Shown here: piece after piece, positions 1-9,424 of the stretch
How positions within the stretch are numbered: the first letter of the stretch is position 1
Layout of the letters: the number at the start of each line of letters is the position of its first letter
Assembly: GCA_039179795.1 (NCBI GenBank)
Contig: JBCDEM010000001.1
Coordinates: 567,045 to 631,044 of the forward strand
Direction: 5' to 3'
DNA from: Planctomycetota bacterium
Lineage (GTDB): Bacteria; Planctomycetota; Planctomycetia; Pirellulales; Pirellulaceae
Length of the DNA stretch: 64,000 nt
The notes under the pieces: model-generated
Database searches by the model: none
What the model saw: the letters and a program-made list of their open reading frames with translations, nothing else
Told to the model about the DNA's origin: nothing
Translations under genes and position numbers: made by a program

Positions 1-1388
1 CTGTGCTGCAGCGTTTTGCGAGAGCTTGCGTCGAGGTGGCAGTACCGCCGAATTTCACGTGTCGTCATTTGGGCATTATAGCGCGTCGCGGAGTTCACGA
101 AACGCTCGGTTTGTCTTTCCCTAGCATCTATCACATCACGGCGCATCGCATCGCTGTCCGTTCCGTTTGATGTTTGATTCGAAAGTTCTTCAAACGGTAC
201 GGCAGGAACTTCCAAGTGGATGTCGATTCTGTCGATGAGAGGCCCAGAGATTCGGCCCATGTACTTTTCCACCTGAGGTGGCGTGCAGTTACAAGCGCGT
301 CGCGAATCGCTGCGGTAGCCACACGGACACGGATTAGCAGCTGCCACGAGCATAAAATCCGCAGGGAACGTTGTTGACCGCATGGCTCGCGAGATAGTGA
401 CAACACCGTCTTCTAATGGTTGCCGCATGACTTCGAGCGTCTTGCGATTGAATTCAGGGAGTTCGTCGAGGAAGAGGATCCCGTTGTGCGCCTTGCTGAT
501 CTCGCCGGGCGCCGGAGGGTTGCCGCCGCCAACCAATCCTGCATCACTGATGGTGTGATGCGGGCTCCGAAACGGACGTCGAGCAAGCAACGGTTGTCCG
601 GCCGGAAGCTGACCGAGCGCACTGTAAATGCGAGTTGTCTCGATCGATTCACCAGCACTCAGCGGAGGCAAGATCGTGGGCATTCGTTTGGCAAGCATGG
701 TCTTACCACTGCCAGGAGGACCAATCATGAGCAGGTTGTGTCGCCCTGCTGCTGCCAGGGTGAGCGCGCGTTTGGCGGACTCTTGTCCTCGGACATCTCC
801 GAAGTCGATCTCATATTGGCTGAATTGATCGAACCAGCGTTGCAATTGACTCGGCGCTGGAAAGAGCTCGACTTCACCGGCGAAGAAACCGATCGCCTGG
901 GTCAGGCTTTCCACAGGAATCACTTCCAACGAGTCGACCACGGCCGCTTCGGATGCGTTCGCCGACGGAACGACCAGACCACGCAGCTGTTGATTCTTGC
1001 CCGCTTCGATGGCGACAGACAATGCGCCTTTGACCGGACGCGTGACGCCTTCCAATGCTAGTTCTCCGATAATGGCATACTGTTCGAGCCGTTCGGCGGA
1101 CAGCTGACCGCTTCCCGCCAGGACTCCAAGCGCGACGGGAAGATCAAACGAAGCAGCTTGTTTTTGGAGATCACCGGGTGCCAAGTTAATAACGACCCGA
1201 TCAATGGGCCGGATGTAGCCGCTGTTCACAATCGCGCGTTCAACGCGATGCGTGCTTTCCTTGACGGCAGTGTCTGGCAGGCCGACGAGAATGGTCTTCG
1301 GCATCGCCGCAGGAGAGATATCTACTTCAACATCGACCGGCATCGCTTCGATACCGAGCAACGTAAACGTCTTCAAACGCGCAAGCAT
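1..1388 (-). CDS. comM: YifB/ComM family Mg-chelatase-like AAA+ ATPase (3' end beyond the left edge of the window)
   Basis: Absent from the ORF track because no stop falls inside the window. Manual translation from ATG at 1388 gives MLARLKTFTLLGIEAMPVDVEVD, later KQAASFDLPVALGVLAGSGQL, and near position 1 NAQMTTREIRRYCHLD, all typical of YifB/ComM. Confidence 0.92.
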   Translation of the reverse strand, partial: MLARLKTFTLLGIEAMPVDVEVDISPAAMPKTILVGLPDTAVKESTHRVERAIVNSGYIRPIDRVVINLAPGDLQKQAASFDLPVALGVLAGSGQLSAERLEQYAIIGELALEGVTRPVKGALSVAIEAGKNQQLRGLVVPSANASEAAVVDSLEVIPVESLTQAIGFFAGEVELFPAPSQLQRWFDQFSQYEIDFGDVRGQESAKRALTLAAAGRHNLLMIGPPGSGKTMLAKRMPTILPPLSAGESIETTRIYSALGQLPAGQPLLARRPFRSPHHTISDAGLVGGGNPPAPGEISKAHNGILFLDELPEFNRKTLEVMRQPLEDGVVTISRAMRSTTFPADFMLVAAANPCPCGYRSDSRRACNCTPPQVEKYMGRISGPLIDRIDIHLEVPAVPFEELSNQTSNGTDSDAMRRDVIDARERQTERFVNSATRYNAQMTTREIRRYCHLDASSRKTLQH

Positions 1389-1634
1389 TGCCCCATGCCC
1401 CTCAAGGCTCTCGCCTCATTGCGTTTCCAAGTTGCCCCCGACGATCCGCGATCGTCTTCCAGGATTCGCAGCCCAGATCCTGACAACTTGCGACCTCGGC
1501 ATCAACCCGATGGATTGATGCTCGACTCAAAGATTCGCGGTTTCTATCCTCATTGCAAGCAAGCTCGATCATCCCACCGAATTGCGAGCATAGGATGACT
1601 TATGAGGCGTCCTCAAAAGAACACTGCCTGTCCC

Positions 1635-1670
1635 CGTTTGGGAAGCGCGTCTGCGTTTGCTTCCCAAACG
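1635..1670. repeat. Intergenic inverted repeat (12-bp perfect stem)
   Basis: CGTTTGGGAAGC-N12-GCTTCCCAAACG, 40 nt downstream of the stop of the minus-strand gene ending at 1711; no U-tract. Confidence 0.6.
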
Positions 1671-1710
1671 AATCGTTTCCCATTTGGGCGGTGGAAGTAT
1701 GTTCTGCCGC

Positions 1711-2325
1711 TTACCAAACGTACGGGACCAATCTCCAGTGAACTTTTTCGCTGTACTTCCGATACGCGTCATCGGTTAGCAGCAGGCATTCTTCGGCTTG
1801 GATTCTTGCTATGAAGAAAGCAATGGTTAGCACCAAGATGATTGGTTGTTTCCAATTCGGAGGGACGGCAAAAATGCACGCCGCAACCATGGCTAGTTCA
1901 CCCAAATAAGCTGGATGGCGAATGAATGAAAACGGTCCGTTTGTGACAGTGCCACGAATCGCTGGAAGGATGGCAAAGCAGCGTCCAAGAAATGCAAAAC
2001 TCAGTATGGCGAGCCCGCTGCCGATCATGAATAGAACTTGCGAAGCGATGTTCCATTGCTGCGGTGCGAATCGGAAGACCCAGCCTCCTACGAGTACCGC
2101 TGGGACCGCGATCAGACAGGCTCTTAAATCTCCCTGCTTCTCAGCTCGTGACCGAACCAAAAAGAGCACGCCCACCATGAGATGTAAGAGCGAGGTCGCG
2201 AGCAGAATCGCAAAGGGTCGCTGACCAAAATTGGACCATGTTCCGGCAGTCGCCCATCCAAGAATGGAAATGCCGATCGAGAGATCGACGACTCTCTGAG
2301 AGGGGATTCGCTGGGAGGGAACCAC
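1711..2325 (-). CDS. Isoprenylcysteine carboxyl methyltransferase (ICMT/PEMT) family membrane protein
   Basis: C-terminal GPFSFIRHPAYLGE...RIQAEECLL...YRKYSEKV...LVP motif; several hydrophobic segments. GTG start chosen at 2325 because it overlaps the upstream TAG (TAGTG); the track ORF starts at 2508. Confidence 0.8.
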   Translation of the reverse strand: MVPSQRIPSQRVVDLSIGISILGWATAGTWSNFGQRPFAILLATSLLHLMVGVLFLVRSRAEKQGDLRACLIAVPAVLVGGWVFRFAPQQWNIASQVLFMIGSGLAILSFAFLGRCFAILPAIRGTVTNGPFSFIRHPAYLGELAMVAACIFAVPPNWKQPIILVLTIAFFIARIQAEECLLLTDDAYRKYSEKVHWRLVPYVW

Positions 2326-2633
2326 TAGTAGATCCAAAATCCCCAATCGAACAACCAACTTAGAAGATTGATTCCAACAATGGCTCCGATCCAAACCAGC
2401 CACCCCATCGACTCTGATCGCTGTGCGGCGGTTCGCTGAGGTCTTTGCTCTTCGTGCATTTGATGGTGGATCGAATTGACGAAGTGTTGCGCCTGATCCG
2501 GTTCCCAACCGCTATCGATCAATTGCTGCGCGACCTTCTCAGGGTCTTCGCCATTGGCAAGACTATTCGACACGATTTGAGATAGTGCCTGAATCTCGTC
2601 AGCTGCTTGGCCTGGCGGCAACTCTTGGTTCAT
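2325..2633 (-). CDS. Hypothetical small membrane protein (helical N-domain plus C-terminal TM)
   Basis: 102-aa ORF with protein-like composition, C-terminal GWLVWIGAIVGINLLSWLFDWGFWIY; stop overlaps the next start. Confidence 0.75.
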   Translation of the reverse strand: MNQELPPGQAADEIQALSQIVSNSLANGEDPEKVAQQLIDSGWEPDQAQHFVNSIHHQMHEEQRPQRTAAQRSESMGWLVWIGAIVGINLLSWLFDWGFWIY

Positions 2634-2721
2634 CGCAAATCCACTTATTGAGAAAGACCATCCGGAAGTTCCACCAACCTAAGATGACGCCTACCGACTG
2701 TCAAATCTGTCTCTGCACGTG

Positions 2722-3627
2722 TCATGCTTCAGTTTTTGTTAGTGCTTCTTCAAATAGCTTTGTGAATTTTTGACGTTCCGATGGCTGAAAGGACGGGCAG
2801 TGTTTGCTGTTAGCCAACAGGTGTGATCCCACCAAGTTCGGAAAGAGCTGTTCGCATCGTTCGATTAGCGGTTGACCTGGAAAAGACACGTCTTCGTCCG
2901 CTGCGAAAACGTAAACCGGCGACGTAAGTTCATTGAAGTCCGACGGTATGACCAAAGGAGGTACAGAGAAGTCGACTTTCCAGTGGCGAATGGAATCTCC
3001 CAAATAGGGTGACCAAAGCTCATCGTGGGATGTCACGATGTTTCGAAGTGCTCGATCACGGTTTTTGTCATTGGGAAACAGCTTGTAACGAAAGATCGGC
3101 AAGGCCATGGAGCGAATACCCTCCCACACCGAACCGTTCACAATGGATCCAGGTACAACAAGCACAAGTCCATGCAGCCGTTTGGGTAGATGCTTTGCAA
3201 CTCGCAACGCGACACTCCCGCCCCAGCTAATCCCACAGAGAACAACTTGATCTACATTGAAGTGGTCAAGTATCTCGCCAAACCAGCGCGCGTATTCATC
3301 GGTCTTAAAGTCAAGTCGGATTTGCGCAGCTCGGGTTGACTGTCCCGGCACGTTGACCGCATGGATCTGGCGTCGCGAAGGCAAGTCGCCAATTTCACCG
3401 AGCGCAAACGGCGCGCCGGCTGTCGCACCGTGAATGATAAACAGCGGTGGCTCGGTACGAAGCGTTGAGCTCTCTGAATCTCCGGTTGTCATCACATCCG
3501 TGAATCCAAAAGAAGTCTCGACTCGATGCGTTACGCTCGCAAACTCAAGCTTTGATTCAAATCGAGAGTGCCATTGGTCGAGCAGTTCAAACGATTCCTG
3601 CGATTTAGCAAGTTGAATACGTTTCAT
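2722..3627 (-). CDS. Alpha/beta-fold hydrolase
   Basis: IHG oxyanion motif, GISWGG nucleophile elbow, Asp in AADEDVSFP, His in SKHCP. Confidence 0.88.
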   Translation of the reverse strand: MKRIQLAKSQESFELLDQWHSRFESKLEFASVTHRVETSFGFTDVMTTGDSESSTLRTEPPLFIIHGATAGAPFALGEIGDLPSRRQIHAVNVPGQSTRAAQIRLDFKTDEYARWFGEILDHFNVDQVVLCGISWGGSVALRVAKHLPKRLHGLVLVVPGSIVNGSVWEGIRSMALPIFRYKLFPNDKNRDRALRNIVTSHDELWSPYLGDSIRHWKVDFSVPPLVIPSDFNELTSPVYVFAADEDVSFPGQPLIERCEQLFPNLVGSHLLANSKHCPSFQPSERQKFTKLFEEALTKTEA

Positions 3628-3810
3628 TGGTTCGTCCGAATTCTCAATCGGCTTGGGATCGCGTCGTTCGCTGCACTCGTCGCTAGGCTCTCAAACATCC
3701 TAGCTTGCACCGAACCTACCTTAGAAGACGCCGGTCACTGCTAAAATCAAAGCCAAACATGTTTGATGAGACGGTTGAACCGAAACGACGGCATTGAGGT
3801 TGAGGCGGGG

Positions 3811-4539
3811 ATGAAGTTTTGTATGGCACAGATTCGATCCAGTGCCGGTCGTGTAAACGGGAATGTCGAAGTGCACATTGAAATGGCGCGTCAAGCGGCC
3901 GCGCGAGGTGCGGACCTGGTCGTCTTCCCCGAACTCTCTGTCACGGGTTATGAGCCGGAATTGGCTGGACGCCTTGCCATGGATCTATCCGACCCGAGGC
4001 TCGCCGCGATTCGGTCCGCATCGGTGTCACTCCAAATCGCGATTTCCGCCGGGTTCCCACTGAAGCAAGAAACATTGCCATGCATCAGCATGATGACTTT
4101 TTATCCGAATCGTGAATCACAGCTGTACACAAAGCAGAGGTTACATGTTGATGAGTTGCCGTTTTTTTCAAACGGAACCAAGCAAGTCGTTCTTCAAGTC
4201 CGAGGAACTCGAATTTGCCCTGGTATCTGTTACGAGACGCGTTTTGAGGAATCGTTCCAGCAGGCAAAAGAACTGAATGCTGATGTCTATACAGCGTCCG
4301 TGGCAAAGCCGAACGAAAACATCGATGAAGCCTATGAGCACTATGCTCGAGTTTCCAAACGTTTCGAGATCATCACCGCAGTATCGAATTGTGTAGGGCC
4401 GGCAGGCGATTTCATGGGCGCTGGACAATCGGCAGCCTGGGGAACAGACGGAAGACGGTTGGCGTCGATGGGTGAAAAAGCAACCGGACTATTGCTCGTC
4501 GATTCGATCCATCAAACGGCGGAGTGCATTGAGTGGTAG
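3811..4539 (+). CDS. Carbon-nitrogen hydrolase (nitrilase superfamily)
   Basis: E-K-C triad: FPELS, YTKQRLH, ICYE. Start set at ATG 3811 (MKFCMAQ); the track ORF starts at 3763. Confidence 0.9.
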   Translation: MKFCMAQIRSSAGRVNGNVEVHIEMARQAAARGADLVVFPELSVTGYEPELAGRLAMDLSDPRLAAIRSASVSLQIAISAGFPLKQETLPCISMMTFYPNRESQLYTKQRLHVDELPFFSNGTKQVVLQVRGTRICPGICYETRFEESFQQAKELNADVYTASVAKPNENIDEAYEHYARVSKRFEIITAVSNCVGPAGDFMGAGQSAAWGTDGRRLASMGEKATGLLLVDSIHQTAECIEW

Positions 4540-4599
4540 GGCATGTTCAGCATGCCGCATGGTCAATGCAAGAACGCCAATAACTCCCGCCATCGGTGA

Positions 4600-5946
4600 C
4601 TATGAGCCTGACCTGCGAAGCGTCTCTTTGAGTTTTTTTCGGTTGGGTTTGATGTCACTTTCGGTGTCTTTTGGCCAAGGCAGGATCTCGGTTGGTATTT
4701 CGAATCCGCTTAGTCTTTGCCGGAGTTGAATTTGCCAGTCGTCCGGCAGAGCGCCGCGGACAAATGCGACAGGACGTTCGCCGTACGACTCGCAAGGTTT
4801 GGGAGCGACGATGACTTGCTCGAGGCCGAACATCTGAAGCATGGTGCTTTCAATGTTTTCCGGATGGATGTTTTCGCCACCCGAGATGAATTGGTTGTCG
4901 ATGCGACCAACGACTGTCAGTTGATCATTGTCGGTCCAACGACCAAGATCCCTCGTGTGAAACCAGCCGTGATCATCCGTGACAGGATGAATCGTCCCGG
5001 ACTGGTAGTAACCCATGCAGAGTGGGTCGCCACCAACGAGGATCTCGTTATCTTGATTTAACCGAAGTTTTCGACTCGGTAAAACTGTTCCGCTGCACGA
5101 TGGATCCGCAATCGGTGTTGAAGTCGTTACTTGCGAAGCCATTTCGGTCAGTCCATATGTGGTGTGCAAGTTGACGCCACGCGATCTTGCTTGCTCGACC
5201 AACTTTGCGTCGACAGCACTACCGCCAAGTAAGACGGATTTGAGGTGCACCGTCGGAAAACGGTGATCGGACATCAGCCTTCGTAACTGTGTATTGACCA
5301 CGGACAGATGAGTCACACGAAGAGCGTGAAGCAATTCATGATTCAACTCGAATCCGGTCGATGTGCCCACGACGGTTGCTCCCGCAACTGCGCATCGAAC
5401 CAGGATGGAGAGTCCGCTCACGTGGTAGAGAGGTAGCGACCATAGCCACCGATCGCCTGGATGCAGAGGTATGACGGATTCCGCGCCGATTGCGCTCGCC
5501 GTATGAGCACGCATTGAATGCACGACGGCTTTCGGCATGCCAGTGCTTCCCGAAGTCAAGACAATCGTTGCCGGTCGATCCGCCGCGAACCTCAGAAAAG
5601 TAGGTGACACGGCATCCGCGTTGGATGTTAATTCCGGTGGGCTTGGCTCGATCCAGTGGGCCTCGAGTCGCGAGAGAACCTCCTGGCGTTTGCTAGGTGG
5701 GATCCGATGGCTAATTGGGCAGGCAACGAGGCCACGTGCCTGAATCGACCAAAATGTTATGAACGCGTTTAAGTCATTCTTCGGACACCACGCGATATGG
5801 TCACCTTCATTCAAATCGTTGCGACTCGCAATCGACGACTTGGAAATGTGTTCGACTAATTCTGAGTATGTGAGTTGCTGTTTACCATCATCGAACGCCA
5901 CGTGTTCGGGAAAGCGCTCCGCGGCGATCTGAATCGGAGAGTTCAT
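4600..5946 (-). CDS. menE: o-succinylbenzoate--CoA ligase
   Basis: AMP-binding motifs LTSGSTGMPK, YGLTEMAS, TRDLG, GRIDNQFISGGENI; last gene of the men cluster. ATG at 5946 overlaps the menC stop (ATGA). Confidence 0.9.
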   Translation of the reverse strand: MNSPIQIAAERFPEHVAFDDGKQQLTYSELVEHISKSSIASRNDLNEGDHIAWCPKNDLNAFITFWSIQARGLVACPISHRIPPSKRQEVLSRLEAHWIEPSPPELTSNADAVSPTFLRFAADRPATIVLTSGSTGMPKAVVHSMRAHTASAIGAESVIPLHPGDRWLWSLPLYHVSGLSILVRCAVAGATVVGTSTGFELNHELLHALRVTHLSVVNTQLRRLMSDHRFPTVHLKSVLLGGSAVDAKLVEQARSRGVNLHTTYGLTEMASQVTTSTPIADPSCSGTVLPSRKLRLNQDNEILVGGDPLCMGYYQSGTIHPVTDDHGWFHTRDLGRWTDNDQLTVVGRIDNQFISGGENIHPENIESTMLQMFGLEQVIVAPKPCESYGERPVAFVRGALPDDWQIQLRQRLSGFEIPTEILPWPKDTESDIKPNRKKLKETLRRSGS

Positions 5947-6869
5947 AGCAGCACGCGCTCCAATGAACTGGTATCGACTCTTGGTTCTCCAGAGATAATG
6001 AATCGACCGTCTTTCTTGATCGGTGACTCGAAAAGCAGATCGTCGCTGAGCCAATCAAGCGTATCAAGGCCAGCAGCTGTTTCGGGTGCGTAGGTGGAAG
6101 CTAGTTGTACGATTCGACAGATCCCAACACCCGATTCGAACGATGCACTAAAGACCATCGGTTTGCCCAGGCTGGAAAGGCGGTCGAGTCTTTCTCGACC
6201 TCCAAGCAGGGTTGGCTTGCAGATTAGTGCGGAAGCATTCGGATACTCGGTCAGATCAATATCTTCCAACAGACTCTCATCCAAGGCATAAGCAATGCCT
6301 GTTTCGGAATGGAGCTCTTCGAGTCGGCTGGAATCTCTTAAGGGTTCTTCGACGTAATCGAGGGATAGGTCAGCAGTCGCGGTTGCAAAGTCAACTGCTT
6401 CATTAAATGTCCACGCTTGGTTCGCATCGAGCCGCAGACGGATGCGAGCGGGCATCTGTTCGCGAATTCTCTTGATCATTTCAATCTCATCAATGATTCC
6501 AGTTCTGCCCACTTTGATCTTAACGGCAGGGCAGTTTGAGGCAGTACATTGACTTGCATCAAGGACCACTTGGTCGGGTGTGCCGATTAATAGCCCGTTG
6601 AACGGAACGTGCGACCGTTCGGCTTTGGGTAACTCTAGGGAATCGAGTGCAAACTGTAGCGCGGGTGTGATTGCTTGCTCGCCCCTTAACGCCTGAATGA
6701 CATCCTCAATGGAATCGCGACTGAATCCAGGGAGAGGAGAAGCCTCAGCCCATCGACCGTCACGTTCCAGTAAGACTCCCTGACGGAAAGTATGTGTTTG
6801 GCGTTTCAGCTTCAGTGGCTCACGCAACTGAATCTGAAATCGGTAAACTTTGAGATCGAGGGCAGTCAA
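5943..6869 (-). CDS. menC: o-succinylbenzoate synthase
   Basis: Enolase-superfamily motifs KIKVG, LRLDAN, YVEEP, ALDES, KPTLLGG; men operon context. Confidence 0.92.
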   Translation of the reverse strand: MTALDLKVYRFQIQLREPLKLKRQTHTFRQGVLLERDGRWAEASPLPGFSRDSIEDVIQALRGEQAITPALQFALDSLELPKAERSHVPFNGLLIGTPDQVVLDASQCTASNCPAVKIKVGRTGIIDEIEMIKRIREQMPARIRLRLDANQAWTFNEAVDFATATADLSLDYVEEPLRDSSRLEELHSETGIAYALDESLLEDIDLTEYPNASALICKPTLLGGRERLDRLSSLGKPMVFSASFESGVGICRIVQLASTYAPETAAGLDTLDWLSDDLLFESPIKKDGRFIISGEPRVDTSSLERVLL

Positions 6870-6884
6870 TGGAAATTCACTTTC

Positions 6885-7751
6885 CTAGATTGCAAGTCCA
6901 ACGCAAAAGAGGAGGGTGTAAAGAACGAGGAGCCCAGCAGTCATTCCCAGACACGGACGTAACTGCAAGCCTTCGCTTCGCCAAACTTTTACAACGACCA
7001 TACATCCGGGGATACCCACTAGGGACGCGATCGTGATCCACCAGTCTGTTTCCAAGATCGCGACAATAATCGGTACGAGAACACTGCTTACGATGCACGC
7101 AGAGTACTGAAATCGACTAAGCGTCACACCGAATCGGACGACCAACGTCTTCTTTTCCGCGGCGCGATCTTCCTCCACATCCCGCAGGTTGTTAACGACC
7201 AACAACCCGACTGCCAGAAAGCCAGGGCCCAATCCGGAGATCACGACCGCAGAAGTCAGTTCGAGTGCTTGCACGTAATAGGTTCCCGCAACGGCAACGG
7301 GACCGAAAAAAACCAAAACGAACGGGTCTCCCAGTCCCTGGTAAGCCAATGAGAAGCGACTCGCGGTATAGAGGACTCCAAAGAGAATGCTCAACGCACC
7401 AATCAGTAGGAAGGGCCAACCGGCATAATATGCCAGCACGAGGGCGGATAGAGCTGTCACCGTGAACATCATCACGGTGGCAACCAACATGGACCGCGGA
7501 GTAATTAGCCCGGATTGAACAGCGCGTGTTGGCCCTTTGCGTTGCTCCGTGTCGGCGCCCTGAAAGAAGTCGCAATAGTCGTTGCAAAAATTCGTGCCGA
7601 TCTGCACCGAAATGGCACCGAGCAAAGCGAACAGCATTGTGACCGCGTTGAACATTCCCGCATCGATCGCGAATGTTGTACCGATCAAGATCGGCGAAAG
7701 CCCAGCGATTAACGTCTTTGGACGCGCGGCAAGCAACCAGTTGGAAATCAT
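6885..7751 (-). CDS. menA: 1,4-dihydroxy-2-naphthoate polyprenyltransferase
   Basis: AARPKTL, NDYCDF..GAD, NNLRDVEED...KKTL motifs; multi-TM. Confidence 0.95.
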   Translation of the reverse strand: MISNWLLAARPKTLIAGLSPILIGTTFAIDAGMFNAVTMLFALLGAISVQIGTNFCNDYCDFFQGADTEQRKGPTRAVQSGLITPRSMLVATVMMFTVTALSALVLAYYAGWPFLLIGALSILFGVLYTASRFSLAYQGLGDPFVLVFFGPVAVAGTYYVQALELTSAVVISGLGPGFLAVGLLVVNNLRDVEEDRAAEKKTLVVRFGVTLSRFQYSACIVSSVLVPIIVAILETDWWITIASLVGIPGCMVVVKVWRSEGLQLRPCLGMTAGLLVLYTLLFCVGLAI

Positions 7752-7775
7752 CGAAAGCTTGTCGAACGTCGTGAG

Positions 7776-8684
7776 TTAGTAGTGATAAGGATAATCAGAC
7801 CAATCCGGATCACGTTTTTCCAGAAACGCGTCTCTACCTTCCTGAGCTTCGTCCGTGCCGTACGCAAGCCGGGTCGCCTCTCCAGCGAACAATTGCTGAC
7901 CGACTAAGCCATCGTCTGTTAAGTTGAATGCGTACTTGACCATTCGCTGTGCCGTTGGGCTCTTCGCACAAATCTCTGCTGCCCAAGACAAGGCTTCGTT
8001 TTCAAGCTCTTCATGGGGAACGACTGTGTTGACGGCTCCTTGCCGCATGGCTTGCTCGGCTGAGTAGGTTCGGCCCAGGAAGAAGATTTCACGGGCAATC
8101 TTTTGTCCCACTTGCTTGGCGAGATAAGCGGAACCAAATCCGCCATCGAAGCTGGCAACGTCGGTGTCGGTTTGTTTGAATTTCGCATGCTCGGCTGACG
8201 CGATGGTGAGGTCACAAATGACGTGCAGGCTGTGGCCTCCACCAACGGCCCATCCGCTCACCGCACAGATCACTACTTTCGGCATCATGCGGATGAGTCG
8301 TTGACATTCCAAGATGTGAAGTCGACCCGCGCGTGTGGCATCAATCTTCTGGCCACGATCATCCTTCGCGTATTGATAGCCGTGTTTGCCGCGAACACGT
8401 TGATCTCCGCCAGAGCAAAATGCCCAACCACCATCTTTGGGGGACGGGCCATTTCCGGTCAAAATCACTGCACCAACATCACTACGTTGCCTTGCATCAT
8501 CGAGCGCCGTGTACAGCTCGTCGACCGTTTTCGGTCGAAAGGCGTTTCGTACTTCCGGGCGATTGAATGCGATCCGAACAGCACCAACATCTCTCGCACG
8601 GTGATACGTAATGTCTTCAAATTCGAACGCGTCGATGGATTCCCAACGACTGGAATCGAATATTTCGGAGACTTGATCGGTCAT
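7776..8684 (-). CDS. menB: 1,4-dihydroxy-2-naphthoyl-CoA synthase
   Basis: NRPEVRNAFRP, FCSGGDQR, GWAVGGGHSLH, SFDGGFG, EAQEGRDAFLEKR. Confidence 0.97.
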   Translation of the reverse strand: MTDQVSEIFDSSRWESIDAFEFEDITYHRARDVGAVRIAFNRPEVRNAFRPKTVDELYTALDDARQRSDVGAVILTGNGPSPKDGGWAFCSGGDQRVRGKHGYQYAKDDRGQKIDATRAGRLHILECQRLIRMMPKVVICAVSGWAVGGGHSLHVICDLTIASAEHAKFKQTDTDVASFDGGFGSAYLAKQVGQKIAREIFFLGRTYSAEQAMRQGAVNTVVPHEELENEALSWAAEICAKSPTAQRMVKYAFNLTDDGLVGQQLFAGEATRLAYGTDEAQEGRDAFLEKRDPDWSDYPYHY

Positions 8685-9424
8685 GGATGTGAAATCGTAT
8701 CGAGGAATTCACGCAAATTCTTTGTCAATGCGTCGGGATCTTCGCGGTGCACAATGTGTCCACAGTGTGGAACGATTCTCACAGTGGGCGACACGATTGC
8801 CAGACACTCTGCAAACCGCTCGATAATCTTACGGTACTTTTCGTCTCGTTCGCCAGCCACCAACAAGACGGGGACGGAAAGCTCCTCCAACCTCGGCCAG
8901 TAGTTTGGCTGTGTTGAGACGGAGTTGGCTCGTAGCATTCGCGCCCACTGTTGACGCGTTGATTGGCCGTCCCGTTGCATCTGCCGTTTACGTTGTTGTT
9001 CGGCTTGCCTGACAGATTCGCTCACCGTCGCGAAGACCGGCAGACTGTACCAATCCGTCAAAAACTGATCGAGTGAATCCGTTTCGAGACGATGAGCGAT
9101 TTTCAGATCTACGTTTCGGCGACGTTCACGTTCGTCATCGCTTTCCAGTCCCGGGTTTCCTGACAGAAAAACCAATCCTTCACATCGGCCGGGATATTCG
9201 AGTGCGAGGCCGAGCGCCATACGAGCGCCCATCGAGTAGCCAACCAGGATGGATTTTTGTGGGAGTGTTCTAGCCAGAGCATGGATGCTGGTTGCCCAAT
9301 CCTCCGCTTCAGGCAGTGATACAGCGGACGTTTCGTGATCAAAAAATCCGTCGCGAATTTGATCCCAGTCAGAAGGATGCCCCATGAAGCCGTGCAGGAA
9401 AGTCAGTCGCATCGTTTGCTGCAC
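8681..9424 (-). CDS. menH: SHCHC synthase (alpha/beta hydrolase)
   Basis: LHGFMG, GYSMGAR, GERDEKY, CGHIVH; lies between menD and menB and overlaps both. Confidence 0.9.
   Translation of the reverse strand: MQQTMRLTFLHGFMGHPSDWDQIRDGFFDHETSAVSLPEAEDWATSIHALARTLPQKSILVGYSMGARMALGLALEYPGRCEGLVFLSGNPGLESDDERERRRNVDLKIAHRLETDSLDQFLTDWYSLPVFATVSESVRQAEQQRKRQMQRDGQSTRQQWARMLRANSVSTQPNYWPRLEELSVPVLLVAGERDEKYRKIIERFAECLAIVSPTVRIVPHCGHIVHREDPDALTKNLREFLDTISHP

Noticed and set aside
420-1061. 213-aa plus-strand ORF
   Set aside because: Antisense shadow of the YifB/ComM gene, whose motifs read clearly on the minus strand.
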